From assembly GCA_965224715.1 (NCBI GenBank), contig OZ245054.1, positions 1,300,334 to 1,364,333 of the forward strand: DNA of 64,000 bases, read 5' to 3'. This document shows, in pieces, positions 29,407 through 38,715 of this stretch (positions are counted from its first letter, which is position 1; each line of letters opens with the position of its first letter). Origin of the DNA: Spirochaetota bacterium (GTDB lineage: Bacteria > Spirochaetota > UBA12135 > COTS27 > CAXSBA01). The notes beneath the pieces are model-generated. The model did no database searches and was not told the DNA's origin. It worked only from the letters and a program-made list of their open reading frames with translations. A program made the translations under genes and the position numbers.

Positions 29407-31236
29407 CTATTTTAATTTTTTTTCTAAATTTTTATCGATGGACCAAGTTTCAAGTTTAAAACCATACTCTGGACGAATTTTCGGGATAGAGAATTTATTC
29501 CAATAGAGGATTCGATAATAGGGATAATACCATTGAGGAATAACATAGTGTGCCCAAATCAATGCTCGATCTAAGGATCTCACTCGGGCAATTAGATCTT
29601 CACGAGTTTGGGCCTTAACGACAAGATCAATTAGAGAGTCGATGACGGGTTCTTTAATACCGATAAAATTATGAGAATCAGGTTTATCTGCTGCCTTGGA
29701 ACCCCAAAAGTCATATTGCTCATTTCCAGGGGAAGAGGATTGCCCGAAGGCCCCTTGAAGCATATCATAATCGAAGTTTCTTACTTTATTTTCAAATTGG
29801 GAAGGGTTTAACACTTGAATATTGGCATGGATACCGAGAATTTTGAGGTTACGAACGAAGGAAGTCAAGATGCTTTCAAATTGTGAACTATTTACCAAAA
29901 TGGTAAATTTCATTCTCTCTCCGGTTTTCTCATGAGTTAAAATTTGATCTTTCACTTTCCATCCTTCACGAAAAAGAATTTGCTGAGCAAGACGAAGGTT
30001 TTTTCGGGCATTACCGCTGCCATCATTTTTGGGTGGAGCATAAATCTTAGTAAAAACCTCTGGAGGAAGTTTTCCTTTAAACCGGTTAAGGACTTTCAAT
30101 TCCTTTTTATCTGGAAGTTTATTGGCTGCCATTTCGGAATTGTTGAAATAACTACTGGAACGGATATAGCTACCGAAGAAAAAATTCTTATTCAACCATT
30201 CAAAGTCAAAGGCATGGATGATAGCCCATCTCACTTGTGGATTTTGAAAGATCTTTTTACGTGTATTAAAAATTAGAGCTTGAAGTCCTTGAGGATTTTT
30301 GTGTGGTATCAATGCCTTAATGAGCTGGCCTTTTTTTACTGGTTTGATATCATAGGAGTTAGCCCATTCTTTAGCAGTATTCTCACTAAAAAAATCGATC
30401 TTTCCACCTTTGAGTGCTTCACGGATAATATTTTGATCGCGGTAATATTCATAGGATATTGCATCGAAATTATAGGTACCAGCATTGACGGGAATATTCT
30501 TTCCCCAATAATTTTTAACTCTCTCAAAGACGATTTGGGAGCCAGGGACGATCTTTCCTATTTTATATGGACCACTCCCTAGGGGTGGAATAAGATCAGT
30601 TTTATAAAAGTTATTTTTTTCCCAATAATGCTTAGGAAGGACATAGATTTGACCCAAAATATAGGGCATCTCTTGATTAGCCTTCTTGAAATCAAACTTT
30701 ACAATATGGGAGGTTAGTTTTGTTACCTTCTTAATATCCTGATAGTAATAACGATAAAAAGGTGTCCCTTTTTCAATCAAAGTATTGAAAGTCCAGATAA
30801 GATCATCAGCGGTTACAGGTTTGCCGTCATGCCATCTTGCTTGTGAATGGATTTTGAAAGCTGTCCAAGTTCGCTTATCATCATAGTATATTTTTTCTGC
30901 CAATCGGGTATATGAGACATTCTCCTCATCTAGTGAAGGAACCATTAAACTGTCATAGATGAGAGCCATGTTATCAGCAGGGCTTCCTTTATCAATGAAA
31001 GGGTTTAAACTGTTGAAAGTGTCCAGAGCAGCTAAAAAGACTTTCCCGTATTTTGGAGAGTTTGGGTTGGTATATTTAAAGTGAGTGAAATTTTTAGAGT
31101 ATTTTGGTTTGGTTTTGGTATCGATAGTAACATAATGTTTTTCCTTACCCATTAAACTATTGATAGATTTTTGACCAACGAGTTCTGTAGTAGCTAGACA
31201 GATGATTATTAGAAAAAAAGTTGTGATTGTTTTCAT
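29407..31236 (-). CDS. Family-5 extracellular solute-binding protein (YejA/OppA-like)
   Basis: The ~609-aa protein has a signal peptide and heads the permease/ATPase operon. Its size and blocks (WHDG.PVTADD, GPYK...) are typical of SBP family 5. Confidence 0.75.
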   Translation of the reverse strand: MKTITTFFLIIICLATTELVGQKSINSLMGKEKHYVTIDTKTKPKYSKNFTHFKYTNPNSPKYGKVFLAALDTFNSLNPFIDKGSPADNMALIYDSLMVPSLDEENVSYTRLAEKIYYDDKRTWTAFKIHSQARWHDGKPVTADDLIWTFNTLIEKGTPFYRYYYQDIKKVTKLTSHIVKFDFKKANQEMPYILGQIYVLPKHYWEKNNFYKTDLIPPLGSGPYKIGKIVPGSQIVFERVKNYWGKNIPVNAGTYNFDAISYEYYRDQNIIREALKGGKIDFFSENTAKEWANSYDIKPVKKGQLIKALIPHKNPQGLQALIFNTRKKIFQNPQVRWAIIHAFDFEWLNKNFFFGSYIRSSSYFNNSEMAANKLPDKKELKVLNRFKGKLPPEVFTKIYAPPKNDGSGNARKNLRLAQQILFREGWKVKDQILTHEKTGERMKFTILVNSSQFESILTSFVRNLKILGIHANIQVLNPSQFENKVRNFDYDMLQGAFGQSSSPGNEQYDFWGSKAADKPDSHNFIGIKEPVIDSLIDLVVKAQTREDLIARVRSLDRALIWAHYVIPQWYYPYYRILYWNKFSIPKIRPEYGFKLETWSIDKNLEKKLK

Positions 31237-31601
31237 TGTTCCTCTTTAGCGATTAAATCTTGAATGCAAATCAATTATAACACAAATAAATACTATTATA
31301 AGAAATAAGAAGATATTTAGAACTAGATTATGCAGTTTTTTAGCATTTAAAACTAGAAATAAATAGGTAAGAATATTTTAAACAGATTGATAAATTCAAA
31401 GTCCTAGCAGCGGATAAAGCGGATAACGAATAATAAAATTATTAAAATTTATGAACAAAAAGACTGATTATCCCATCCAAAACCCCTTACTTTTAATAAA
31501 ATCACTTGTTTTTGTTGTTATATATAATCTAGTTGTAGAGTTTTTTTGATAAAAGAAAATTTTTTTTATTGCTCTACTAATCTAAATAAGGATTCAGTAT
31601 A

Positions 31602-33546
31602 ATGAAGAAAACAAATCAAGTAAAATTATATAGAAAGTTGCATAAAAACAGCATAGAGCCCTCTACTCTATGATCTGTTTACTGCTGATCGGGCTTCTCC
31701 TATCCTGTGGGGAATCAAATAATGTAGGCACTATTCTCCCAGCAGAGATTATGATTCTCTGGAGGTCCCGTCTTTTTCTGTTTTAGATGGAAGTTAAAGT
31801 CAAATTAATGAAAGTGACACCGATGCCATACCGGTGGATGCCTCATTTTTATTAGCATTTGAACAATCACTAGGGAATATGGCTAATCATGTCAACTCTT
31901 TAGCTAATCAAATAGAACTCCTAGGCATTGAAGGAGGAGGAGAAAGGGACACTGTTTCGTTTTTAGCTTATCAAGCAGAACCCGTAAATGACAAACACCG
32001 GAATCATGAGAGAAGAGAGAGTACCCCCATTACTTTTTAAAGGTTGTACCTACTGAAATATCTAATCAGGTAAGAATAGTTCCAGACGGTTATTTAAGAG
32101 GCAATACTACCTATCAATTAACTTTAAAGAAAGGCTTAATCATCGGTAACTTTCAGATTACTAATGATATAACCTACTCCGTCACCACTGGCATTGGCAA
32201 GCAGTATCAGGTTAGATTTTACCAGGGAAACAGTCTCCCGGGAACTGTTCCGATTGATAATTTGACTACGATCCCCGCATCGAACTATCCTGTTTCCTCT
32301 ATATCAGGAAAGGCGTATAGGTGGTATAGTGATGATGCTTTAACTCAAGTCTACGATATAAGTGCCCAAGTGACTAGTAATCTTGATCTTTATGCTAAGA
32401 TTATTTCAGGTTTCCAGAAAATCATCGAAGATGGAACCATTCCCTCTGATCTCGCTAATTATGGAGAAATGAGTGAGCTGATTTTCTCTAGATATACTGA
32501 AGGAGCTAGTGTGATCGCCCGTTATGTTAAGGAAACTACATCTGGTAATTGGCAATGGAAGTTCTTGGGCTAATGCTGCTAACGATATAAAGGCGATGAT
32601 AAATGGGATCAATGATGCTGGAGCAAATAAAGTTTATGTGGTACTGGTGGCATCAGGAACTTATAAGCCGGATACTAGTTATCCTATGAAGAACCATGTA
32701 GCCTTAGTAGGTGGCTTCATGGCTGATAGCTACCATCAAGCAGAAGAAACTCGGCTTGATGGTAGTGGAACTCACGGGAGCGTGTTCAGACATGTAGAGT
32801 ACGGTAACAACAGTAGTTTGAATAGCACAGTTCTTCTCTATGGAGTGTCCATTGTCAATGGTATTGGGAGAGGAGCTGGAATGAATACTTATAACTTTTC
32901 CCCCACCTTGATCAATGTTACTTTCTCAGGCAATAAGGCCAATAATGGTGGAGGAGGGATCTATCATGATGGTAACGGACGGCCACTTACCCTGATAAAT
33001 GCGATCTTGTGGAATAATAATGGACAGATTTATTTGAAAAATGGTACCGTCGATAAAGAAACTTTGAATTTGTATTACTCCCGTATTTCTGGAGGGGTTA
33101 ATGCTTCTGTCACTATAAGAGGAATTCGTTTGCATGCTAGTAGAGGTTCCCATCCGGTTATCATCAATAGTGAGTAGGTTATTGGTGAAGGTCCCATACT
33201 AGGTATCTTGGCTGATAATGGAGGTGAAATCAACATCATCTCCATCGGCAACAATAGCCCGGCCAAGGATAAGGGAGTCTATGTGAGTAGGAGGGGGGGG
33301 GGGGGGGGGGCTGAAAATCCTTATCCGGAAGCCAATCTTTATTACAGTATAGACAATGCTGACTGGCATAGCGATCCCGGTTTGACGACACAAGAGAGTC
33401 CGCCAAACAATGCCGATGATCTTACCTCCACCGATGCCCGTGGATATGGTCGGGTAGGTCGCCCAGATATGGGAGCCTATGAAGCGGGGTACACAGTAAA
33501 TTTTCTCTTGTTCTTTGAGAGAAGTAGGAGAAGGATAGGGGATTAG
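31602..33546 (+). pseudogene. Decayed paralog of the 38716..41835 surface lipoprotein (frameshifts, nonsense codon, ~1 kb internal deletion)
   Basis: ORF fragments 31834..32040, 32262..32573, 32524..33177 and 33208..33546, plus untracked pieces, align colinearly with the 1,039-aa protein. The signal peptide/lipobox region is frame-broken at about 31670. Further shifts lie at about 32035 and about 32550, and an in-frame TAG is at 33175-33177. The middle Ig/Flg_new region is missing (TNDITYSVTTG joins directly to KQYQVRFYQG). Confidence 0.85.
33293..33310 (+). repeat. Homopolymeric G18 tract inside the pseudogene
   Basis: I counted 18 consecutive G directly. The tract replaces the RGVKNEIG-coding segment of the intact paralog. 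Confidence 0.95.
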
Positions 33547-33682
33547 CTCTCAATTACGGGAGTGGCGGGAGTGATATTTTTATTCAATTTGTAGTCTTCT
33601 CTGACCCCCTTTGACTTCATTGGGGAGTTAGAGGGAAATCTGCGAATATTTTGACTGGAGCCATAATTGTATAATAATTGGC

Positions 33683-33895
33683 ATTTACTTAAAAATCAAG
33701 AAACAGAAAGTCAGATTTATATAATATGTCAATTCTCTGCGTATCTTCCGCATTCTTTACAGTTATACCTCCAGTACCTCAAAATTTTTTTATTTCTTCT
33801 TTCCTTTAGTGATTTTCATTAATCGCAGAGATCGTTGAGTTTTCGTTATACCACAAGATAATATTTATTTCCTAGAAAAATTCTAAATTATTTTA
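33683..33895 (+). repeat. Intergenic repeat family, copy A (core 33805-33894)
   Basis: It aligns with 42407-42597 over its whole length and with 38411-38630. The conserved core is TTTAGTnATTTTnATTAAnCGCAGnG...TGAnTTTT..AC.GTATCACAAGATAA...CTAGAAAAATTCTAAATTATTTT. Confidence 0.8.
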
Positions 33896-33971
33896 TTTTT
33901 TTATTTTTTAAAATTTTATTCCAATAAATTTGTCTAATTTGTTTTTTGGAATCAGGACTTTATTTTTATCA

Positions 33972-34000
33972 TTTACATGTTATTCATTTTATGATATAAT
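33972..34000 (+). promoter_or_regulatory. Candidate sigma-70 promoter of the liv-like operon (TTTACA-N17-TGaTATAAT)
   Basis: TTTACA is at 33972-33977, followed by a 17-nt spacer and an extended -10 ending at 34000, 50 nt upstream of the ATG at 34050. Confidence 0.5.
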
Positions 34001-34049
34001 TTAGACCAAATTTTTTGAATATATTTTCGACTTTATTTTGGAGGAAAAA

Positions 34050-35105
34050 ATGAAAAAACATTATTTAATTTTTGCGTTGGTAATAATATTATTAATTGCT
34101 GGATGCGGAAGTTCTAAAAAAAACAAAATTGGAGTAATGTTGCCGACATCTGGTGATGTTGCTGAATACGGTAAAGGTGCCTTAGGTGGTGTTGAACTTG
34201 CTCATAAACTGATTAATATGGATAATATTGAGCTCGTTTTAGAAGATTCCCAATGTGATGGAAAAGCTGCAGTTAACTCAATCAATAAGTTGATTTCTGT
34301 TGAAAATGTTGTGGCTATTATTGGTGAGCTTTGTTCTAGTGCAACTTTGGCTGCGGCTCCCGTAGCAGAAGAAAATCATGTGGTGCTTGTTTCTCCCGCT
34401 TCTACGAGTCCTAAAATTACAGAAGCAGGTGATTATATTTTTCGAACCATTCCCACTGATGCTCGTCAAGGGGTTTTTGCAGCTGAACTTATAAGTGATG
34501 AGGGTTATGATAAACTTGCTACCCTATATCCCAACGAAGATTATGGTAAGGGATTTAGTGAAGTGATTGAAAAGTCTTTCATTGAAATGGGGGGGGAGGT
34601 TGTTCGTTCCGAGTCTTTTGAAAGAGGGTCTACCGATGTTCGTTCCCAGCTTACCAAGATCAAAAAATCTAATCCGGATGTTCTTTTCTTGATCTCGAAT
34701 TCCCCGGATGCTGCTATTGCGGCTTTAAGGCAAATCAAAGAACTCGGAATAACTGCGGCGATTTATGGTTCGGAAGGACTTAAAGCAGATAGTATTGCCC
34801 AAGCTGATGGAGCCGAAGGCCTTATTATCACTTCAGTGAATCCAGGTAGTATCGAATTTAGCGATAATCATAATGCAGAGTTTGGTAGAGATCCGGGACC
34901 ATTTGCAGCTCAGGGTTATGATGCCTATATGGCTTTAGCAAAAGCGATTGAAGATGGGGCTACTACCGGTGAAGAAATTAAAAACAAACTTTACGAAATG
35001 TCATTTACCGGGGTAACCGGTGAAGTCGAATTCGACGAAAACGGAGATGTAGGCGGTTCCTATGATATTTATAAAGTCATAGATGGACAATTTGAGAAGT
35101 TATAA
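34050..35105 (+). CDS. Branched-chain/amino-acid ABC transporter substrate-binding lipoprotein (LivJ/LivK-like)
   Basis: I prefer the ATG at 34050, which is preceded by GGAGG, over the track start at 34038. The lipobox is LIAGC, and the type-I periplasmic binding fold blocks are IGVMLPTSGDVAEYG and IIGELCSSATLA. Confidence 0.8.
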   Translation: MKKHYLIFALVIILLIAGCGSSKKNKIGVMLPTSGDVAEYGKGALGGVELAHKLINMDNIELVLEDSQCDGKAAVNSINKLISVENVVAIIGELCSSATLAAAPVAEENHVVLVSPASTSPKITEAGDYIFRTIPTDARQGVFAAELISDEGYDKLATLYPNEDYGKGFSEVIEKSFIEMGGEVVRSESFERGSTDVRSQLTKIKKSNPDVLFLISNSPDAAIAALRQIKELGITAAIYGSEGLKADSIAQADGAEGLIITSVNPGSIEFSDNHNAEFGRDPGPFAAQGYDAYMALAKAIEDGATTGEEIKNKLYEMSFTGVTGEVEFDENGDVGGSYDIYKVIDGQFEKL

Positions 35106-35173
35106 ATTTAGTTTACTTTTTATAATTTGTTTTCTTATTCCCTAAATAATTTAGGGAATAAGATACCTTTACT

Positions 35174-36055
35174 TTGGAATACTTATTTCAATTTATCATT
35201 AATGGTGTTATAGCGGGTTCTCTTTATGCCTTGATCGCTACCGGGTTCTCAGTTATTTATAATACAAATAAATTCATTCACTTTGCCCATGGAGTGGTAT
35301 CTATCCTTGGGGGATATTTCTTCTATTCACTTAGTCAGGGATTAGGTTGGCATTATGGATTATCTGGATTAATGGCATCACTGATAACTGGAGGTATTGG
35401 AGTAGTGCTTTTTAGGGTTATTTACCTTCCCCTTAGACGGAAAAATGCAAGTAATGTTATTATGCTTCTTTCCAGTATCGCTCTTCTCATCGTTTTGCAG
35501 AATTTGATTCAGTTGATCTATGGAGAGCAGGTTAAGGTTATCGATGTGACTGCATTCAACCGATCCTATGATGTGCTTTCTGGAGTGATTACAACCGTTC
35601 AAATAATAATTATCTTTATTTGTGTTGTATTGTTTATTGGTCTTTATTTTTTAGTAAATAAAACCAGATTTGGACGATCTATGCGAGCAGTTGCTAGTAA
35701 TGAAGAATTGGCTAGTATCATAGGGATAAATGTTGAGTTGATAAAAAGTTTTTCCTTCTTTGTCGGCTCCTTTATAGGTGGGTTAGGTGGGGTTTTGATC
35801 GCTTTAGACCAAAGCCTTACTCCAACTAAGGGAGCCTTTTTTATTTTAAAAGGATTCACTGGAGCGATTATCGGAGGTCTAGAATTTGTTCCCGCTGCTA
35901 TTCTAGGATCTTATTTTCTTGGTTTGGTGGAAAATCTTTCTATCATCTATCTCCCTTCGGAACAGAAGCTGACGGTTTCCTTTTTGCTTCTTTTTATTTT
36001 TCTTATCTTCCGTCCTCATGGGTTTATGGGCTTTAATGCCGGAGGAAGACGATGA
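35174..36055 (+). CDS. Branched-chain amino-acid ABC transporter permease (LivH-like)
   Basis: The start FQFIINGVIAGSLYALIATGFSVIY is the LivH-type N-terminus. The protein is multi-TM and sits in the expected operon position. Confidence 0.8.
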   Translation: MEYLFQFIINGVIAGSLYALIATGFSVIYNTNKFIHFAHGVVSILGGYFFYSLSQGLGWHYGLSGLMASLITGGIGVVLFRVIYLPLRRKNASNVIMLLSSIALLIVLQNLIQLIYGEQVKVIDVTAFNRSYDVLSGVITTVQIIIIFICVVLFIGLYFLVNKTRFGRSMRAVASNEELASIIGINVELIKSFSFFVGSFIGGLGGVLIALDQSLTPTKGAFFILKGFTGAIIGGLEFVPAAILGSYFLGLVENLSIIYLPSEQKLTVSFLLLFIFLIFRPHGFMGFNAGGRR

Positions 36056-36963
36056 GCAGTGGTTTCTTGATTAACCTCGCTATCCTCATCAATATTTATT
36101 GCATTCTTTCGGTGAGTTTCAATCTAACTTTAGGATATACTGGGCTTATTAACCTAGGTCATATCGCATTTTATGCTTTGGGTGCCTATACTTCAGCTCT
36201 ACTTACCAAAGATGTTGTTCCTCTTTTAATGGAAGGGGGCTGGAAGGATTATCCTCAAGAAATATTTCTTCTCCTTACTATTTTTTTGGGTGGTATTTTT
36301 GCGATGTTGGTCAGCTATGCTCTTACTTATTTTATTCGTAAACTTAAAGGAGACTATCTTGCTATGGCTACTTTGAGCTTTGCTTTGGCTCTTCATAACA
36401 CCCTTCTTACATTTGACTTTCTTACTTATGGAACTTTGGGAGTTACCAATATAACCCGTCCACCCTTATTTAAAAATAATTTAGTTTTTTTATTATTTGT
36501 AACTTTGATTACAGTATTCTGTTTTGTTTTTATAAAGAAGATAGTCGATTCTCCTTTCGGTAATCTCATTCAAGCGGTGAGGGATGATGAAGTACTTTTA
36601 CGAAGTTATGGAAAGGATAGTTTTCTATTAAAAATCAAGGTTATGGGAATCTCCGCATTCTTTGCTGGTGTGGCAGGGGCTCTTTTTTCATATTATATCA
36701 GCTATATTCATCCCGATTTTTTTAATCTAAACGAAATTATCATTGTTCTCACTATTGTTATTATTGGAGGATTGGCTTCAATTAAAGGTACGGTAGTGGC
36801 AGGATTCATTGTTGTATTACTTCCAGAAATGATTCGTCTTTTAGATATTCCCCAAAACATTATGGGCCCTACTAGACAGGTGATCTATGGGCTTCTTCTG
36901 CTTATTATTCTACGTTTTTATTCACGGGGATTATTTGGTAAAGTAGACCTCCATGATTATTGA
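36052..36963 (+). CDS. Branched-chain amino-acid ABC transporter permease (LivM-like)
   Basis: LGYTGLINLGHIAFYALGAYTSA matches the LivM signature. It overlaps livH-like by 4 nt. Confidence 0.8.
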   Translation: MSSGFLINLAILINIYCILSVSFNLTLGYTGLINLGHIAFYALGAYTSALLTKDVVPLLMEGGWKDYPQEIFLLLTIFLGGIFAMLVSYALTYFIRKLKGDYLAMATLSFALALHNTLLTFDFLTYGTLGVTNITRPPLFKNNLVFLLFVTLITVFCFVFIKKIVDSPFGNLIQAVRDDEVLLRSYGKDSFLLKIKVMGISAFFAGVAGALFSYYISYIHPDFFNLNEIIIVLTIVIIGGLASIKGTVVAGFIVVLLPEMIRLLDIPQNIMGPTRQVIYGLLLLIILRFYSRGLFGKVDLHDY

Positions 36964-37687
36964 GATTAAGAATATTCACAAACAATTTGGAGGCAATGTT
37001 GCGGTGGGAAATGTATCTCTTGGAGTAGAGTTGGGAAGGATCACCTCAATCATTGGTCCTAATGGATCTGGAAAATCCACATTATTTAATATTGTTGCAG
37101 GTTTCCTCAATTCTGACTCTGGCCAAGTTAAGCTTCAAGGGTTAGATATAACAGGACTCAAAGACTTTCAAACTGCACGAAAAGGATTAGCAAGGACTTT
37201 TCAGGAAATTCGTACCTTCACTTATCTTACTGTTCGTCAACATTTTGACATTGTTTGTGATATCGATAATGAAAAGCTTATGAAGAATTTGTTGATAAAA
37301 GTAAATAATGACCGAGATGACTTTTATAAAGATCAATTAAAAAGAGTAGGACTTGAAGTTGATCTGGATACTCTTGGTAGTAATTTGAGTTATGGGCAGA
37401 GTAAACTCCTTAATCTAGCCATGTGTCTTGTCACGAGACATGAGGTCATTCTTCTTGATGAACCGGTAGCCGGTGTTAATCCACTTCTTAGGAAGCAAAT
37501 AAAGAGCATTTTACTTAAACTTCGTGATGAGTCGGAGAATATCCTTATCATTGAGCATGATATGAATTTTGTTACTGCTATCTCTGATTGGATTGTGGTG
37601 ATGGATTCAGGTAATATCATTACTGAGGGTACAGTTGATGAAATCCTTAATAATCATGATGTACTACAGGCCTATTTAGGAAGGTAG
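36953..37687 (+). CDS. Branched-chain amino-acid ABC transporter ATP-binding protein (LivG-like)
   Basis: Walker A is GPNGSGKSTLFN, the signature is LSYGQSKLLNLA and Walker B is ILLDEPVAGVN. Confidence 0.85.
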   Translation: MIIEIKNIHKQFGGNVAVGNVSLGVELGRITSIIGPNGSGKSTLFNIVAGFLNSDSGQVKLQGLDITGLKDFQTARKGLARTFQEIRTFTYLTVRQHFDIVCDIDNEKLMKNLLIKVNNDRDDFYKDQLKRVGLEVDLDTLGSNLSYGQSKLLNLAMCLVTRHEVILLDEPVAGVNPLLRKQIKSILLKLRDESENILIIEHDMNFVTAISDWIVVMDSGNIITEGTVDEILNNHDVLQAYLGR

Positions 37688-37690
37688 AAT

Positions 37691-38407
37691 ATGAGTTCAA
37701 AAAAACTTCTTTCGATCAATAGTCTTACTGCTGGATATGGAGAGGCGATCATTATTAGAGATGTTTCTATTGATCTTTATGTTGGGGAAATCGTTTCGCT
37801 TATCGGACCTAATGGTGCAGGAAAAAGTACTGTGATTAAATCGATTTTTGGAATAACTAAGGTTGAATCCGGTGATATCTTTTATCAGGGTGAGTCAATT
37901 TTGGGACTTGATTCTTTTTCTTTAGTTAAACGACGTTTGATTTATCTTAATCAAGGCCGGGTAATATTTGGCAACTTAACTGTCAAAGAAAATTTGATGT
38001 TAGCCGGTGAAATTCTTTTTCCGACAGAAGAAATCAAAAAAAAAATAGAGGATGTTCTGGAAACGTTTCCAACGCTTAAGCCTAAGTTAGATCAATTCGC
38101 ATTGTTTTTAAGTGGGGGGCAACGTCAACAGTTGGCATTAGCACGGGCATTGATTCAATGTCCGAAGATACTGTTACTTGATGAACCTACCCTAGGGTTA
38201 AGTCCAATGTTACAGAAGGAATTATTTGACAATATCGTTTTACTTCGTAAGCGAAATGTAGCTTGTTTAATGGTGGAACAGAATACCCGGACAGCGGTAA
38301 ACATTTCTGACCGTACTTATCTATTGGAAAATGGGATTGTTGCTCTTGAGGGCAGTAAGGATATTTTAGAAAATCCTATGATTAAAAAGGTGTATTTAGG
38401 CGGCTAA
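37691..38407 (+). CDS. Branched-chain amino-acid ABC transporter ATP-binding protein (LivF-like)
   Basis: Walker A is GPNGAGKST, the signature is LSGGQRQQLALARAL, Walker B is LLLDEPTLGLSP, and the C-terminus KKVYLGG is typical of LivF. Confidence 0.85.
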   Translation: MSSKKLLSINSLTAGYGEAIIIRDVSIDLYVGEIVSLIGPNGAGKSTVIKSIFGITKVESGDIFYQGESILGLDSFSLVKRRLIYLNQGRVIFGNLTVKENLMLAGEILFPTEEIKKKIEDVLETFPTLKPKLDQFALFLSGGQRQQLALARALIQCPKILLLDEPTLGLSPMLQKELFDNIVLLRKRNVACLMVEQNTRTAVNISDRTYLLENGIVALEGSKDILENPMIKKVYLGG

Positions 38408-38410
38408 TGA

Positions 38411-38630
38411 CTACATAAAAAAGAAAGATGTAAAAGTTAAAAGATTTGGAGAATTACCTTTTTCTAAAGGATATAATTTGAAGGAGGGTTTAGTATGAGC
38501 TATTCCTTTCATTATTTTTTCTATTTCTATTTTTTTAGTAATTTTCATTAACCGCAGGGCTCTCTGAGTTTTTACCGTATCACAAGATAAATTTTACTAC
38601 TTAGAAAAGATCTGAATTAATTTCATATTT
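38411..38630 (+). repeat. Intergenic repeat family, copy B (core 38534-38623; more diverged)
   Basis: The core TTTAGTAATTTTCATTAACCGCAGGGCTCTCTGAGTTTTTACCGTATCACAAGATAAATTTTACTACTTAGAAAAGATCTGAATTAATTT matches copies A and C. Confidence 0.7.
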
Positions 38631-38715
38631 TACTTGTAAAAATGTTAAAAGCATAGTATTATTTAAGTAAATATCAAAATTTAAATAAATGAAACAATTT
38701 TTTTGAAGGAAAAAC

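Noticed and set aside
31409-31426. Perfect tandem 9-mer AGCGGATAA x2, reminiscent of the lac operator half-site (GAGCGGATAACAA), between the yej-like operon and the pseudogene
   Set aside because: It is only 18 bp, with no dyad symmetry and no LacI-family regulator nearby. The resemblance is most likely coincidental. It could still be a minor operator, but nothing supports that.
33935-33965. Possible sigma-54 (-24/-12) promoter in the shared liv/glnA motif (TTGGAATCAGGAC)
   Set aside because: There is no GC dinucleotide at the required spacing after the GG. The glnA copy lacks the GG altogether (TTGAACTCAGAG). Both genes have good extended -10 sigma-70 elements instead.
34589-34596. Shorter G/C runs of 7-8 nt in coding regions (34589-34596 in the livJ-like gene, 18703-18709, 27957-27963, 39817-39823, 41817-41823), considered as additional phase-variation tracts
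   Set aside because: Their lengths are at or below the usual threshold for efficient slippage, and they occur in housekeeping genes. I used them only as background against which the G15 and G18 tracts stand out.
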